DNA from: Octopus bimaculoides
Taxonomy: Eukaryota
Reading direction: 5' to 3'
DNA length: 64,000 nt
NCBI RefSeq assembly: GCF_001194135.2
Contig: NC_069000.1
Span: 45,932,134 to 45,996,133, forward strand
Below, one piece after another: positions 40,001-49,629 of this stretch; the stretch's first letter is position 1; each line of letters begins with the position of its first letter. The position numbers were made by a program, and so were the translations under genes. The notes under the pieces are model-generated. The model searched no databases and had not been told where the DNA came from. It saw only the letters and a list, made by a program, of their open reading frames with translations.

Positions 40001-41746
40001 CAAATTGGAGCCTGGTTCAGCTCTCCAGCCTTGCCAGCATGGAAAATAGACATGTAACGATGGTGATACATTTGACTTGAGTAATCTGAATGCTAAAGGG
40101 TTAATTGAAATGAATTGTTTTTTGTTGTCTTTCTAGAATTTGAATGTGGAGACGGCCAAGAAATTTGAAGAAGAGAAAGACGTTACAGAAACTCTAAAAC
40201 TGATGCACCATGACATCTTGTCCAGTATTTCAGAGTTTTCTGACAATGAGGATACTGATGATGCTAAAGCGATAGATTCCATTAGAAACCAGTGGTGTAC
40301 AGTGGTGGGCAAGGATTTTGATAGTAAGCTCTCATTTCTTTCTCTAATCACTGTGTGAACAAAGCCAACAGTTTGTCTTGTGTAAATTTCTATCCCACAT
40401 TGTATTAAGAGGAGGGTTACAGTTTCTTTTGACCCAAATTCTTTTTCTTTTTCTGTTGTGTTTTTTACACTGATGGGTTTGGGCAGAGTGAATGGTAGCA
40501 GTGGGAATCCTCCTGTGCACTAGGGACATGGTGGGTGGGGAGTAGGGGGAGTGACAGATATATCTGTGCAGTAGTTTTAGGCCTTGTTTTCTACACATTT
40601 TCAAAGGCACGAAATCTGCAACTGCAACATGGACAATGACATCACTGCTTGGAACCTTTTCATTGCAAAATAAAAAAAAAAATCATTGTTATTCCAGTAA
40701 TAATGTTAGATATCTAGCAAAAATAGAATTAGTCTTTTCTGCAAGTCCTGTTGCCTCAATAAACTTGAGACATATCTCAACGAAAAATCGTTTCATACAT
40801 GACATTCCTCAATGAAAGGCACAGGCATGATTGTGTGGTCAGAAGCTTGCTTCCCAATCACATGGTCTCACTGCATGACACCTTGGGCAAGTGTCTTCTA
40901 CAAGCCTCAGGCTGACCATAGACTTGTGAGTGGGTTCGGTAGACGGAAACTCAAAGAAGCCTGTTTTATGTGTGTCTTTGTGTCTGTCTGTGTCCACACG
41001 TATCAGGCTTTAAAAACAAAAATATGTGCTGGGGTTGATTTATTCGACTAAATATTCTCGAATGTGGTGCCCCAGCATGGCCAGTCTTATGCTTGAAACA
41101 ATAAAAAAAAGTATAAAAAGAAAGATACATTGGTGTCTACAACTGTTTTGCATGGTTAAGGGTAATAAAATTCTGAGTGGAAATCTTGTTTTTGCCATTA
41201 AAGGTTGAAAAGAGGCATTTGTGTGTTTTTTTTTTCTTTTTAAGAGCAAATACACATACTCACACAAGAATGCTCACTCATGCACACGTACACATGCACA
41301 TTCACTCACACACATACACACCACTCACTTTTGTGTATATATGTATATATATTTACCTTTTGTTCATTTCAGGCTACAAAAGTGAAAAACTGCAGGATTT
41401 CTTCTCCAAACTGTTTGAACCCTCAACGGCCCAAAGATCTGTCTCTGAGCTTGGTTCCACTCCACCATCGGAACTGCAGAATCTGGCCAACAACTACCAG
41501 CATGTCATCAGCCTCTGTGAAAAACATGGATTTCTTCGTAATTTATCGGATAATGACGGAAGCAGGAGCAAAATCTTTGATGACGAATACAATGTTGATG
41601 ACAACGATGACCACCACAACAGTGGCATTGGTATAGGTGGGGGTGGTATTGGCGGTAGTGATGATGACGACGATGATGTTGGACTTGCTGTGGATGAGGA
41701 CGATGTGCAGGATGAGGGAATTGAAACCATATCTTCAGAAACCTGA
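6604..41746 (+). CDS. USP25: Ubiquitin carboxyl-terminal hydrolase 25/28 family deubiquitinase, 24 coding exons, about 3510 nt / 1169 aa
   Basis: Starts MTVEQ; UBA, SIM (VIDLT), two UIMs, Cys box [23 protein letters not shown], His box [19 protein letters not shown]; all GT-AG introns with compatible phases. May be the single pre-duplication USP25/28 ortholog. Confidence 0.95.
6920..8170. repeat. TA/TG low-complexity tract including about 5 copies of a TATATTTAGACATTGGTTTGAGTGTG-type minisatellite (about 7690-7870)
   Basis: Directly visible repeated units. Confidence 0.85.
8900..9500 (-). mobile_element. Highly decayed LINE reverse-transcriptase relic
   Basis: Minus-strand fragment [12 protein letters not shown] resembles the GLKLN..KTK RT motif; many stops. 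Confidence 0.35.
13376..13452 (+). repeat. 77-bp perfect direct repeat, copy 1
   Basis: Identical to 16612-16688. Confidence 0.92.
16612..16688 (+). repeat. 77-bp perfect direct repeat, copy 2
   Basis: Identical to 13376-13452, offset 3236 bp. Confidence 0.92.
16935..17140 (+). mobile_element. tRNA-derived SINE, family B (approximate ends)
   Basis: GCAGAATGGTTAGCAC..CTGAGTTCAAATTCTGCCGAG..GATAAAATAATACCAG; related copies at about 10960-11110, 27830-27940, 37975-38170, 38270-38400, 44550-44745. Confidence 0.75.
17260..17421 (+). CDS. USP25: USP25/28 exon 2, UBA-like domain
   Basis: [54 protein letters not shown]; TTTCAG acceptor, GTAATT donor. Confidence 0.9.
18292..18367 (+). CDS. USP25: USP25/28 exon 3 (linker)
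   Basis: [25 protein letters not shown]; no recognisable homology, but supplies the phase 0 to phase 1 bridge needed between exons 2 and 4. Confidence 0.7.
19802..19997 (+). CDS. USP25: USP25/28 exon 4: SIM, polyQ, UIM1
   Basis: VIDLTNDK-Q17[26 protein letters not shown]..REEQDISR. Confidence 0.92.
20706..20871 (+). CDS. USP25: USP25/28 exon 5: UIM2 end and catalytic Cys box
   Basis: [28 protein letters not shown]; donor GTAAGA. Confidence 0.97.
21400..21590 (-). mobile_element. RTE-clade LINE 3' ORF fragment
   Basis: Minus strand [38 protein letters not shown], the typical RTE C-terminal GH..RM..G.R.RGRP..W.D pattern. Confidence 0.75.
21774..21860 (+). CDS. USP25: USP25/28 exon 6
   Basis: [29 protein letters not shown]; 87 nt, donor GTAAGT. 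Confidence 0.93.
22569..22598. other. Assembly gap
   Basis: N run. Confidence 0.99.
23253..23402 (+). CDS. USP25: USP25/28 exon 7
   Basis: [50 protein letters not shown]. Confidence 0.95.
23975..24075 (+). CDS. USP25: USP25/28 exon 8
   Basis: [33 protein letters not shown]; donor GTAAGT. Confidence 0.95.
24750..24823 (+). CDS. USP25: USP25/28 exon 9
   Basis: [24 protein letters not shown] (NPM.ELFYG motif). Confidence 0.93.
25332..25456 (+). CDS. USP25: USP25/28 exon 10
   Basis: [41 protein letters not shown]; donor GTAAGT. Confidence 0.88.
25683..25734. repeat. 26-bp perfect tandem duplication
   Basis: (CTGTGAGTGACAGTGTCACTGCTGCT)x2. Confidence 0.9.
26522..26649 (+). CDS. USP25: USP25/28 exon 11
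   Basis: [43 protein letters not shown]. Confidence 0.96.
26748..26895. repeat. GC-rich 30-bp minisatellite, about 5 units
   Basis: Units start at 26748, 26778, 26806, 26836, 26866; core GGCRGGATCTGTGTCRCRCCYGCCCCRCGA. Confidence 0.88.
27350..27740 (-). mobile_element. Decayed RTE-like LINE 3' end
   Basis: Minus strand ..[17 protein letters not shown] resembles the RTE terminal DR..WR motif; frameshifted. Confidence 0.5.
28566..28661 (+). CDS. USP25: USP25/28 exon 12 (coiled-coil rod)
   Basis: [31 protein letters not shown]; donor GTGAGT. Confidence 0.93.
28698..28727. repeat. Perfect 30-bp palindrome at the 5' edge of a truncated SINE tail
   Basis: AAATGAATCGACCCTAGGGTCGATTCATTT equals its own reverse complement. 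Confidence 0.95.
28894..29058 (+). CDS. USP25: USP25/28 exon 13
   Basis: [35 protein letters not shown]. Confidence 0.95.
29748..29926 (+). CDS. USP25: USP25/28 exon 14 (alternative start 29751)
   Basis: ..[32 protein letters not shown]; CAGCAG acceptor. Confidence 0.92.
30105..30410 (+). mobile_element. tRNA-derived SINE, family C (approximate ends)
   Basis: GTGGTTAAGG head and long shared body; related copies at about 39250-39550, 43230-43545, 44760-45030, 52355-52544. Confidence 0.75.
30640..30710 (+). CDS. USP25: USP25/28 exon 15
   Basis: [23 protein letters not shown]; 71 nt. Confidence 0.93.
30820..31015 (+). mobile_element. Interspersed repeat, family D (SINE-like)
   Basis: CATTTAATGTCCGCTTT..CATGGGTTGGAC..GGATGCCCTTCCTAATGCC; copies + at about 19230-19380 and 28110-28330; - at about 2940-3120, 32141-32230, 37640-37790, 39915-40050. 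Confidence 0.75.
31020..31420. repeat. Degenerate AT-rich minisatellite-like tract
   Basis: Recurrent AACATRTGYAGAACTAATTA / TGTGGTAATT motifs. Confidence 0.5.
31422..31637. mobile_element. piggyBac-type MITE, degenerate copy
   Basis: Ends TTACCCTTTTAACATT / CTTAAAAGGTTAA; internal similarity to 39780-40104. Confidence 0.6.
31775..32003 (+). CDS. USP25: USP25/28 exon 16: catalytic His box
   Basis: [50 protein letters not shown]; 229 nt. Confidence 0.97.
33106..33294 (+). CDS. USP25: USP25/28 exon 17 (alternative end 33303)
   Basis: [24 protein letters not shown] then Ala-rich linker. Confidence 0.9.
33909..34135 (+). CDS. USP25: USP25/28 exon 18 (Q/P-rich linker, start of C-terminal domain)
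   Basis: ..[37 protein letters not shown]; phases 1 and 0 fit the neighbours. Confidence 0.88.
35575..35765 (+). CDS. USP25: USP25/28 exon 19
   Basis: [42 protein letters not shown]. Confidence 0.93.
36183..36267 (+). CDS. USP25: USP25/28 exon 20
   Basis: [28 protein letters not shown]; phases fit. Confidence 0.85.
37299..37378 (+). CDS. USP25: USP25/28 exon 21
   Basis: [26 protein letters not shown]; 80 nt, donor GTAAGC. Confidence 0.92.
38516..38645 (+). CDS. USP25: USP25/28 exon 22
   Basis: [34 protein letters not shown]; 130 nt. Confidence 0.93.
39780..40104. mobile_element. piggyBac-type MITE with nested family-D repeat
   Basis: TTAA-CCCTTTAGCATT ... AATGCTAAAGGG-TTAA: 12-bp perfect TIRs flanked by TTAA; minus-strand family-D copy at about 39915-40050 inside. 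Confidence 0.8.
40137..40323 (+). CDS. USP25: USP25/28 exon 23
   Basis: [34 protein letters not shown]. Confidence 0.93.
41373..41746 (+). CDS. USP25: USP25/28 terminal coding exon with acidic tail
   Basis: [21 protein letters not shown] then TGA at 41744-41746. Confidence 0.9.
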
Positions 41747-41799
41747 GCCTTGAGAGAGAGAGAGAGAAAGAGGGAGAATGGAAGCTAGAGAGGGGAGGA

Positions 41800-41833
<34 letters not shown>

Positions 41834-41849
41834 AAAAAAGACAAAACCC

Positions 41850-41883
<34 letters not shown>

Positions 41884-42183
41884 AAGCTTATGCAGCCATA
41901 TAATGAGTTCCCTAATTAAAGAATAGGGACCCATCATCTGTTTTAGTCATGCAGCTAGCACTTCCAGCTGGTTCACAGCTCACTTGTGCCTCCTCCCCCC
42001 ACTCCACTTCTCTGAGTCTTTCTACCGCCCTTCCTCCTCCACCCCTCCTCTTTACTCTTCCTTTTTCTGTTATCGGTTCAGTTACCAGTTTTTTGTTGGT
42101 TTTTTTTTTTCATATATATACATATAAGAATGTGTTGATGATGATGATGGTTGCGGTGACAGTACGTTGTGCAGACACCAGGC

Positions 42184-42214
<31 letters not shown>

Positions 42215-43960
42215 CAAGAGTGACAGACAGAGATTGATTATGTATTCTGGGGCAGGGAAAATGAGATTTTGTGATAGTCATGCCTTTCTTCAACACACTA
42301 GTGACAAACTCTTCCTGCCTTCCTTCCTTCCTTCCTTCCTGCCTTCCTTATAAAAAACCCAAAAAACACAAAAGGATGTGATGGAAATCCAAATATAATG
42401 TCAGGTTGTGTTGCTTGCAGAGTTATCAGTGACCACCACCTTAGAGAAGGTGCTGTATCAGCTGTCAGTGTTGAATAGTTAAGTAATTATTAAAAACACA
42501 CGGAAGGAATTACATAGTAATTAATAGGTTTGTTAGTGGCAGCAATCAGATCCCCCTCCCCCAAACTCCCTATTTTTAAAAAAGCAAATTTTTAAACCTC
42601 TTTTTAACATATTTCATCTTCGTTCAGTTTTTTCTTCTTTTCTCCCTCATTCCTTTTTCTTTCATTCTTCTTTGGTCTTCCTTCTTCATTCTTTGGTCTT
42701 CCTCCATTCTTCTTTGTACTTTCTTCTGTGTTTTTCATTTTCCTTCATTCTTCTTCGTCCCTTTTCATTTTCATCCATTGCCTTCTGTCTTCAGGACAAG
42801 AGTTAAAAATAAGATTTCCCAGTTCTTTTTGCTATTTACTCTGCGTGTGTGTGCGTGTGCGTGTGTGCGTGTACAGAGTTTTAGTAAAGGTGGTGGCAAG
42901 CCTGACGAGCTGCAATAATGTTTGGTTTTGAGGAAGGACTGTGTGGTCCCTTTGTTCAGTTGTCAGCTATGCTAGTAGACGTAACCCTTTCGTCCATCTC
43001 ACTACCACTTCTATTTGCTGTTGTCCATTCTTGCTTAAAGGGCCTTGTGCTGTCACCTAACAATCGGTCATCATCATTATTACTATTAACTACTACACTT
43101 GGAAATGGATTGGAAGCATGCACAAATATTATGATAACCTGTATCTGTGCCTCTCTTTGTGTGTATGTGTGTGTGTATATATATATACGCTTGTGCATTT
43201 GTGCATGCTTAAGTAAATCATGTGCACACTATGTGAAGGTGCATGGTTCACAGGGTTAGAGCATTAGGCTTGCAATCGTGGGGTTGTAAGTTTGATTCCG
43301 GAACTGGGCTGTGTGTTGTGTTTTTGTCTGTAGAAATGAGTTACGATGTCACTGGTGCCAAGCTGTATCGGTCTTTGCCTTTCCTTTGGGTAACATCGGT
43401 GGTGTAGAGTGGGGGAGGCTGGTATGTATGGGCGACTGCTGGTCTTCTATGAACAACCTTGCCGGGACTTGTGCCTCAGAGGGGAACTTTCTCGGTGCAA
43501 TCCCAGGGTCAGTCATGACCGAAAAGGGGATCTTTACCTTTTAATGTGTGTGTCATACGTGTGCACATACTCGTGTGTGTGAATGTGAGGAAAAGTCAGT
43601 GAGGCTGAAGTTTGTGCCAATTACACCTGTAACCTAGCGTAACAATTCACCTGTAACAAGCTATCTTCTGTGAAGGTTTTTATATAAATCTATATAGGTA
43701 GATACCAAAGGCTGTGAGGACTTCACTGGACAACTGCTGTGGACATTTTCTGTTTTTTTATCAATATAATCCCTGCCTGTACCCCTACCCCAACATATAT
43801 AGCCCCCACACACCACACACACACCTCTCTCTTCTTTTAATGGGTTCTTTTCCTTAAAAATGTAATTAGAAGTAGTCATTAACAGTGTCAAATGAGAGTG
43901 GGACGGCCAGGGGAGTGTTGGGTGGAGGGATTCATTTTTTGGTTTTTATACCTTTTCGTT

Positions 43961-44406
43961 NNNNNNNNNNNNNNNNNNNNNNNNNNNNNNNNNNNNNNNN
44001 NNNNNNNNNNNNNNNNNNNNNNNNNNNNNNNNNNNNNNNNNNNNNNNNNNNNNNNNNNNNNNNNNNNNNNNNNNNNNNNNNNNNNNNNNNNNNNNNNNNN
44101 NNNNNNNNNNNNNNNNNNNNNNNNNNNNNNNNNNNNNNNNNNNNNNNNNNNNNNNNNNNNNNNNNNNNNNNNNNNNNNNNNNNNNNNNNNNNNNNNNNNN
44201 NNNNNNNNNNNNNNNNNNNNNNNNNNNNNNNNNNNNNNNNNNNNNNNNNNNNNNNNNNNNNNNNNNNNNNNNNNNNNNNNNNNNNNNNNNNNNNNNNNNN
44301 NNNNNNNNNNNNNNNNNNNNNNNNNNNNNNNNNNNNNNNNNNNNNNNNNNNNNNNNNNNNNNNNNNNNNNNNNNNNNNNNNNNNNNNNNNNNNNNNNNNN
44401 NNNNNN
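43961..44406. other. Assembly gap
   Basis: N run. Confidence 0.99.
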
Positions 44407-46062
44407 ATGCAACTAATATATATACCCGGAAGTGTATGTTGATTTGGCTATTGACCGGGACGGGTGGGGGGGATAATTTTTAAAAAATAAATTGTGCATT
44501 ATCATTATTTGTTGTTGTTGTGATTCCTTTTTTATTATTATTAAGGAGGTGAACTGCCAAAGTCGTTAGCAAGCTGGGCAAAATGCTTAATGGTATTTCG
44601 TCTGTCTTTTACGTTTGGAGTTCAAATTTCGCCAAACTCAGTTTTGCCTTTCATTGTTTCCAGGTTGATAAAGTACCAGTTGCATACTGGGGTCGATTGT
44701 CCTCCTTCCCCTCAAATTTCAGGTTTTGTGCCTATAGTAAAAAAGGTTATTGTTGTTATTATGGCCTAGTGGTTAGTGTGTTGCACTTACGATTGTAAGA
44801 TTGTGGTTTCAATTGTTAGACTGGGTGGTGTCTTGTTTTCTTGAGCAAATCACTTCATTCCAGCAACCACTGACACCTGATGTGTGGTACATCATGCACC
44901 TGTTCTGGCAATGTCAATTTGATGGAGGAAGTGAGCTATTGTACAACACATACATTTGATCACTATAAACAAATCATTTGTGTCGATCGTTTGGCAGAAG
45001 CTGAACACTTGTTTGTCCTCTTCAATGGGAGAGTTCATTTATTATTATTCTTATTATTATTAAGGCGGTGAGCTGGCAGAACCATTAACACATACTGACA
45101 CTGCAGAAAGATAAGGGTAGTTATACTGCATAATATGGCAGCATAGCATTTTAGGAAACCTTTAGATAATATGCATCTACTGATTAAAGGCCAGGGACGC
45201 TCATAAAATCCTTGATCTGTAGAACATATCCATTTGAAAGCCCCTGCCCCCATGTACAGATAACAGTTGTATAGTATGTAGTCTATAGTATACGGTGTAC
45301 TGAGGGACGGTCCAGAAACAGGACAATAACATACATTGGGGAGACAACATGGTGAGTGGATAGGCGAACACTGATGGAAGCTCCAAGAGGAGAAAAGCTC
45401 GTCAGTACTCAATTAGAACATGGAAGTTCGATTAATAACATAGATGTTAAGATATCAACAGATAGAACAGACACAACAGTTAGATTACAGGGGATATATA
45501 CATAGACCGAGCCTCAAAAGCAAAAAAATGAATGGAATAATAGCTACTCCTCCACTGTGTAACCTGACGTCTAAAGACGGAAAAAGACAGATACAAACAA
45601 TATATAAACCCCTATACACACACGAGATGCACATAAACATATTACAGATGAAATGGGAAAAAAGGTAGATAAACGAATAAAAACCAAACAAAAGACACGG
45701 GTACAAACAGTGTAGTAAGTAAATCCAAAACACAGATATAGACGCATGCGCAGATAAGGGTACACATCGCAGAAAGACAGAATGGACTAGACAGAATGGA
45801 CTAAACAGAACAGGAGACACATGGGATGAAAGTATCACTGAAGAGGTCACAGGTGTGTGACGAAAGATTTCAGACAAAGGGACGCTAAAATATGGATAAA
45901 AATAAAGCTGAAGTGAAGACAGTATACGGTGCATATGTGGTTAATTGGCAAAGAAGATGTGACCACCGTGTCCACAGATGAAAATGCTCAGATCAGAGCA
46001 GTGAGACCTAAAATTGAGAGTCGAATGAAGAGATACGGAATCCAGACTAACAATTACATGTC

Positions 46063-46098
<36 letters not shown>

Positions 46099-46310
46099 GT
46101 ATATGTATACATCTATACGTATATATATATATATACATACATCAATACGTGTGTATATATATATATATATATATACGTATATGTACATATTTTTATCTAT
46201 ACGTGTATATATATATATATATATTTATTTATTTATGGGATTCAGCCAAGTGGCTGTGGTCATGCTGGAGCACCACCATATATTTATTTATTTATTTATA
46301 TATAATATAT

Positions 46311-46688
46311 AGTAGTGGGGGTGGGTGCGCTGAAAGTGTAACTGCTAGAATAAGAATAGCCTGGGCCAAGTTTAGAGAGCTCTTACCTCTGCTGGCGACA
46401 AAGGGACTCTCACTCAGAGTAAAAGGCAGATTGTATGACGCATGTGTACGAACAGCCATGCTACATGGCAGTGAAACATGGGCTGTGACTGCTGAGGACA
46501 TGCGTAAGCTCGCAAGGAATGAAGCCAGTATGCTCCGCTGCATGTGTAATGTCAGTGTGCATACCCGTCAGGGTGTAAGTATCTTGAGAGAAAAGCTGAA
46601 CATAAGAAGCATTAGTTGTGGTGTGCAAGAGAGACGATTGCGCTGGTATGGACATGTGGTGAGAATGGATGAGGATAGCTGCGTGAAA
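46311..46688 (+). mobile_element. RTE-clade LINE ORF fragment, truncated by an N-gap
   Basis: Uninterrupted SGGGCAESVTARIRIAWAKFRELLPLL..KGRLYDACVRTAMLHGSETW..RRLRWYGHVVRM. Confidence 0.92.
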
Positions 46689-47522
46689 NNNNNNNNNNNN
46701 NNNNNNNNNNNNNNNNNNNNNNNNNNNNNNNNNNNNNNNNNNNNNNNNNNNNNNNNNNNNNNNNNNNNNNNNNNNNNNNNNNNNNNNNNNNNNNNNNNNN
46801 NNNNNNNNNNNNNNNNNNNNNNNNNNNNNNNNNNNNNNNNNNNNNNNNNNNNNNNNNNNNNNNNNNNNNNNNNNNNNNNNNNNNNNNNNNNNNNNNNNNN
46901 NNNNNNNNNNNNNNNNNNNNNNNNNNNNNNNNNNNNNNNNNNNNNNNNNNNNNNNNNNNNNNNNNNNNNNNNNNNNNNNNNNNNNNNNNNNNNNNNNNNN
47001 NNNNNNNNNNNNNNNNNNNNNNNNNNNNNNNNNNNNNNNNNNNNNNNNNNNNNNNNNNNNNNNNNNNNNNNNNNNNNNNNNNNNNNNNNNNNNNNNNNNN
47101 NNNNNNNNNNNNNNNNNNNNNNNNNNNNNNNNNNNNNNNNNNNNNNNNNNNNNNNNNNNNNNNNNNNNNNNNNNNNNNNNNNNNNNNNNNNNNNNNNNNN
47201 NNNNNNNNNNNNNNNNNNNNNNNNNNNNNNNNNNNNNNNNNNNNNNNNNNNNNNNNNNNNNNNNNNNNNNNNNNNNNNNNNNNNNNNNNNNNNNNNNNNN
47301 NNNNNNNNNNNNNNNNNNNNNNNNNNNNNNNNNNNNNNNNNNNNNNNNNNNNNNNNNNNNNNNNNNNNNNNNNNNNNNNNNNNNNNNNNNNNNNNNNNNN
47401 NNNNNNNNNNNNNNNNNNNNNNNNNNNNNNNNNNNNNNNNNNNNNNNNNNNNNNNNNNNNNNNNNNNNNNNNNNNNNNNNNNNNNNNNNNNNNNNNNNNN
47501 NNNNNNNNNNNNNNNNNNNNNN
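46689..47522. other. Assembly gap
   Basis: N run. Confidence 0.99.
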
Positions 47523-48229
47523 ACATGGGACATGAACTATTCTTTCGAACAACGAAAGACACAAATGGAAAATAAGACAAACAACACAAATAACGACCCT
47601 TCATCTGTTGTTGGCTGTTTTCTACTCGCCTATTTCGAGCATTTAACAACAATATACGCTTTCGATATAACAGTTGTTCCCGCAAAGCAAAAGAAATAAA
47701 ATTTGGGATTTTGCAGTGGGTCAAAATTGGTAACACAAACAGGAAGGGCTGCTAAGGGTGTCCTCGGGATATAACTTCATACTAATTGATCCTGACACAA
47801 AGTGTGACGAAACCAGACCTTTAAATAACAGATACAAGCCATCTGAAACGCTTCCTCACAGTTTCCATTTACTAATTTTCATTCACAAAATGGGGACGTC
47901 ACAATTGCACAGAGAATTTCTTAATCATCAGGTCAATTATAAAATTATTCCCATGATCCTTTGCGACTTACTGCAGAACACATGGACCACATTCAATTAA
48001 TGGAACTGCATTTTGGAAATAGGATTGGGAAATTTTTCAAACGTCAATTGACAAATGGATTAAGGAATGGTGTGGTTCTTAACTGAATGGAATGACTTGG
48101 AAAGAAAAGGTATTTCATATTTACACATACTTCCGCGCACGCACACACAAACACACATGCGTGTGTATATGTATGTGTATGTATGCGTATTGTATATCTG
48201 TGTTTGAATGTATGCGCATGTGGGTATCC

Positions 48230-48265
<36 letters not shown>

Positions 48266-48368
48266 TAATGAGGGTAGAAATTGACATTAATCAATTAAAA
48301 CCAGTGGCTTAGCATAGTTAAAAAATCCGAAGATTATACTACATATAAAATTTAGAAGAAATTTTGTG

Positions 48369-48414
<46 letters not shown>

Positions 48415-48417
<3 letters not shown>

Positions 48418-49516
48418 CGATTTAGAAGTATCTCGATATTCAAAAGATACCAAATTTTTCGTCTACAAAGTTTGTAAGGAGCTAGAGATTGAAGATAGAA
48501 ACGTATCACAAGTATCAAGGCGTGAAAAGCATTGTAAACACTCTGAAATCATCAGAACACCTGAATTTATCCAGCAAGTTCAACAGACCATTGATTACAA
48601 TCCCAGAAAGTCCATGAGGTCAATTGCAAAAGATCTCCATGTGTCAGAAGGAACAGCCAGAAATGTTGTCCACAGAGACATCAGATATAAGTCTTATATG
48701 ATGAGGAAAGGTCAATTTGTCAGAAAAAGTAAAAGAAAATCACTACATCAGAGCTAAAAGGCTCTTAAACAAACTGAAAAATCCAACTGAAGAAGATTTG
48801 ATTTGGTTTTTGTCAGACGAGAAAAACTTCGACCAAGATCAAAAAGTTCACTGAAGAAATGACAGATGGTTATGTGTAGACCCTTCTGAAGTTTCAAGTG
48901 TTAAGCATACAAAATTTCCTGCAACTGTCATGGTTTTAGGATTTGTCAGCAATGAAGGACATGTGATGCCTACTTACTTCTTTTCACAGGGCCTTAGAGA
49001 TAACTCTGCTACCTACATTGAGGTCCTGAAAACAATTGTTAAACCCTGGATAGACAATGTATGCAATGGAAGGCCATATGTGTTTCAGTAAGAATCTGCA
49101 CTGTCACACATGGCTCTAGTAACACAGGAATGGATGGCTGAAAACTTTCATGATCACATAGCCCCTAACATTTAGCCTCCTAATTCCCCAGATCTCAATT
49201 CATTGGACTGTTACATGTGGAGCGTTGTTGAGAGAGGGGTCAATGAACACATCCACAACACCAAAGATTCTTTGAAAGCTGCCATAGTCAGAATAGTGTC
49301 CAAAATGAACCAGGACCGCTTGATTCGAGCATGCAGATGATTTAGATCTCATACAGAAGCAGTTGTTGAAGCTGAAGGTGGCTTTATTGAATAACATTAT
49401 AGAAAAGAAGGTCTATTTATATCATCATAACATTTTTTGATAAATAAAGTTATCTTCTGTTATTATATATCTCTTTTTTTATAAACATAAATCTGTCCTC
49501 AAATATCTTACGCACC

Positions 49517-49520
<4 letters not shown>
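48415..49520 (+). pseudogene. Decayed Tc1/mariner transposon of the DD37D (maT) type, 5'-truncated, in a (TA)n tract
   Basis: WFLSDEKNFD..VMVLGFVSNEG..YVFQ*ESALSH..I*PPNSPDLNSLD; 37 residues between the FQQD position and the last D; stops and frameshifts; right end ..CGCACCCTGT before a TA run. Confidence 0.9.
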
Positions 49521-49565
<45 letters not shown>

Positions 49566-49591
49566 TATATATATATACACATATATATATA

Positions 49592-49629
<38 letters not shown>

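Noticed and set aside
41747-42400. USP polyadenylation site
   Set aside because: Only an ATTAAA near 41914 amid microsatellites; the 3' end cannot be assigned from sequence alone.
42956-43130. Minus-strand open frame NPFPSVVVNSNNDDDRLLGDSTRPFKQEW..ADN* as a terminal exon
   Set aside because: No convincing acceptor and no homology recognised; may be USP 3'UTR or intergenic DNA.
46149-47699. 516-aa ORF and other long ORFs spanning N runs (43885, 52420, 54314, 60370, 61666, 63271)
   Set aside because: Their length is an artefact of translating Ns; only the RTE portion 46311-46688 is meaningful.
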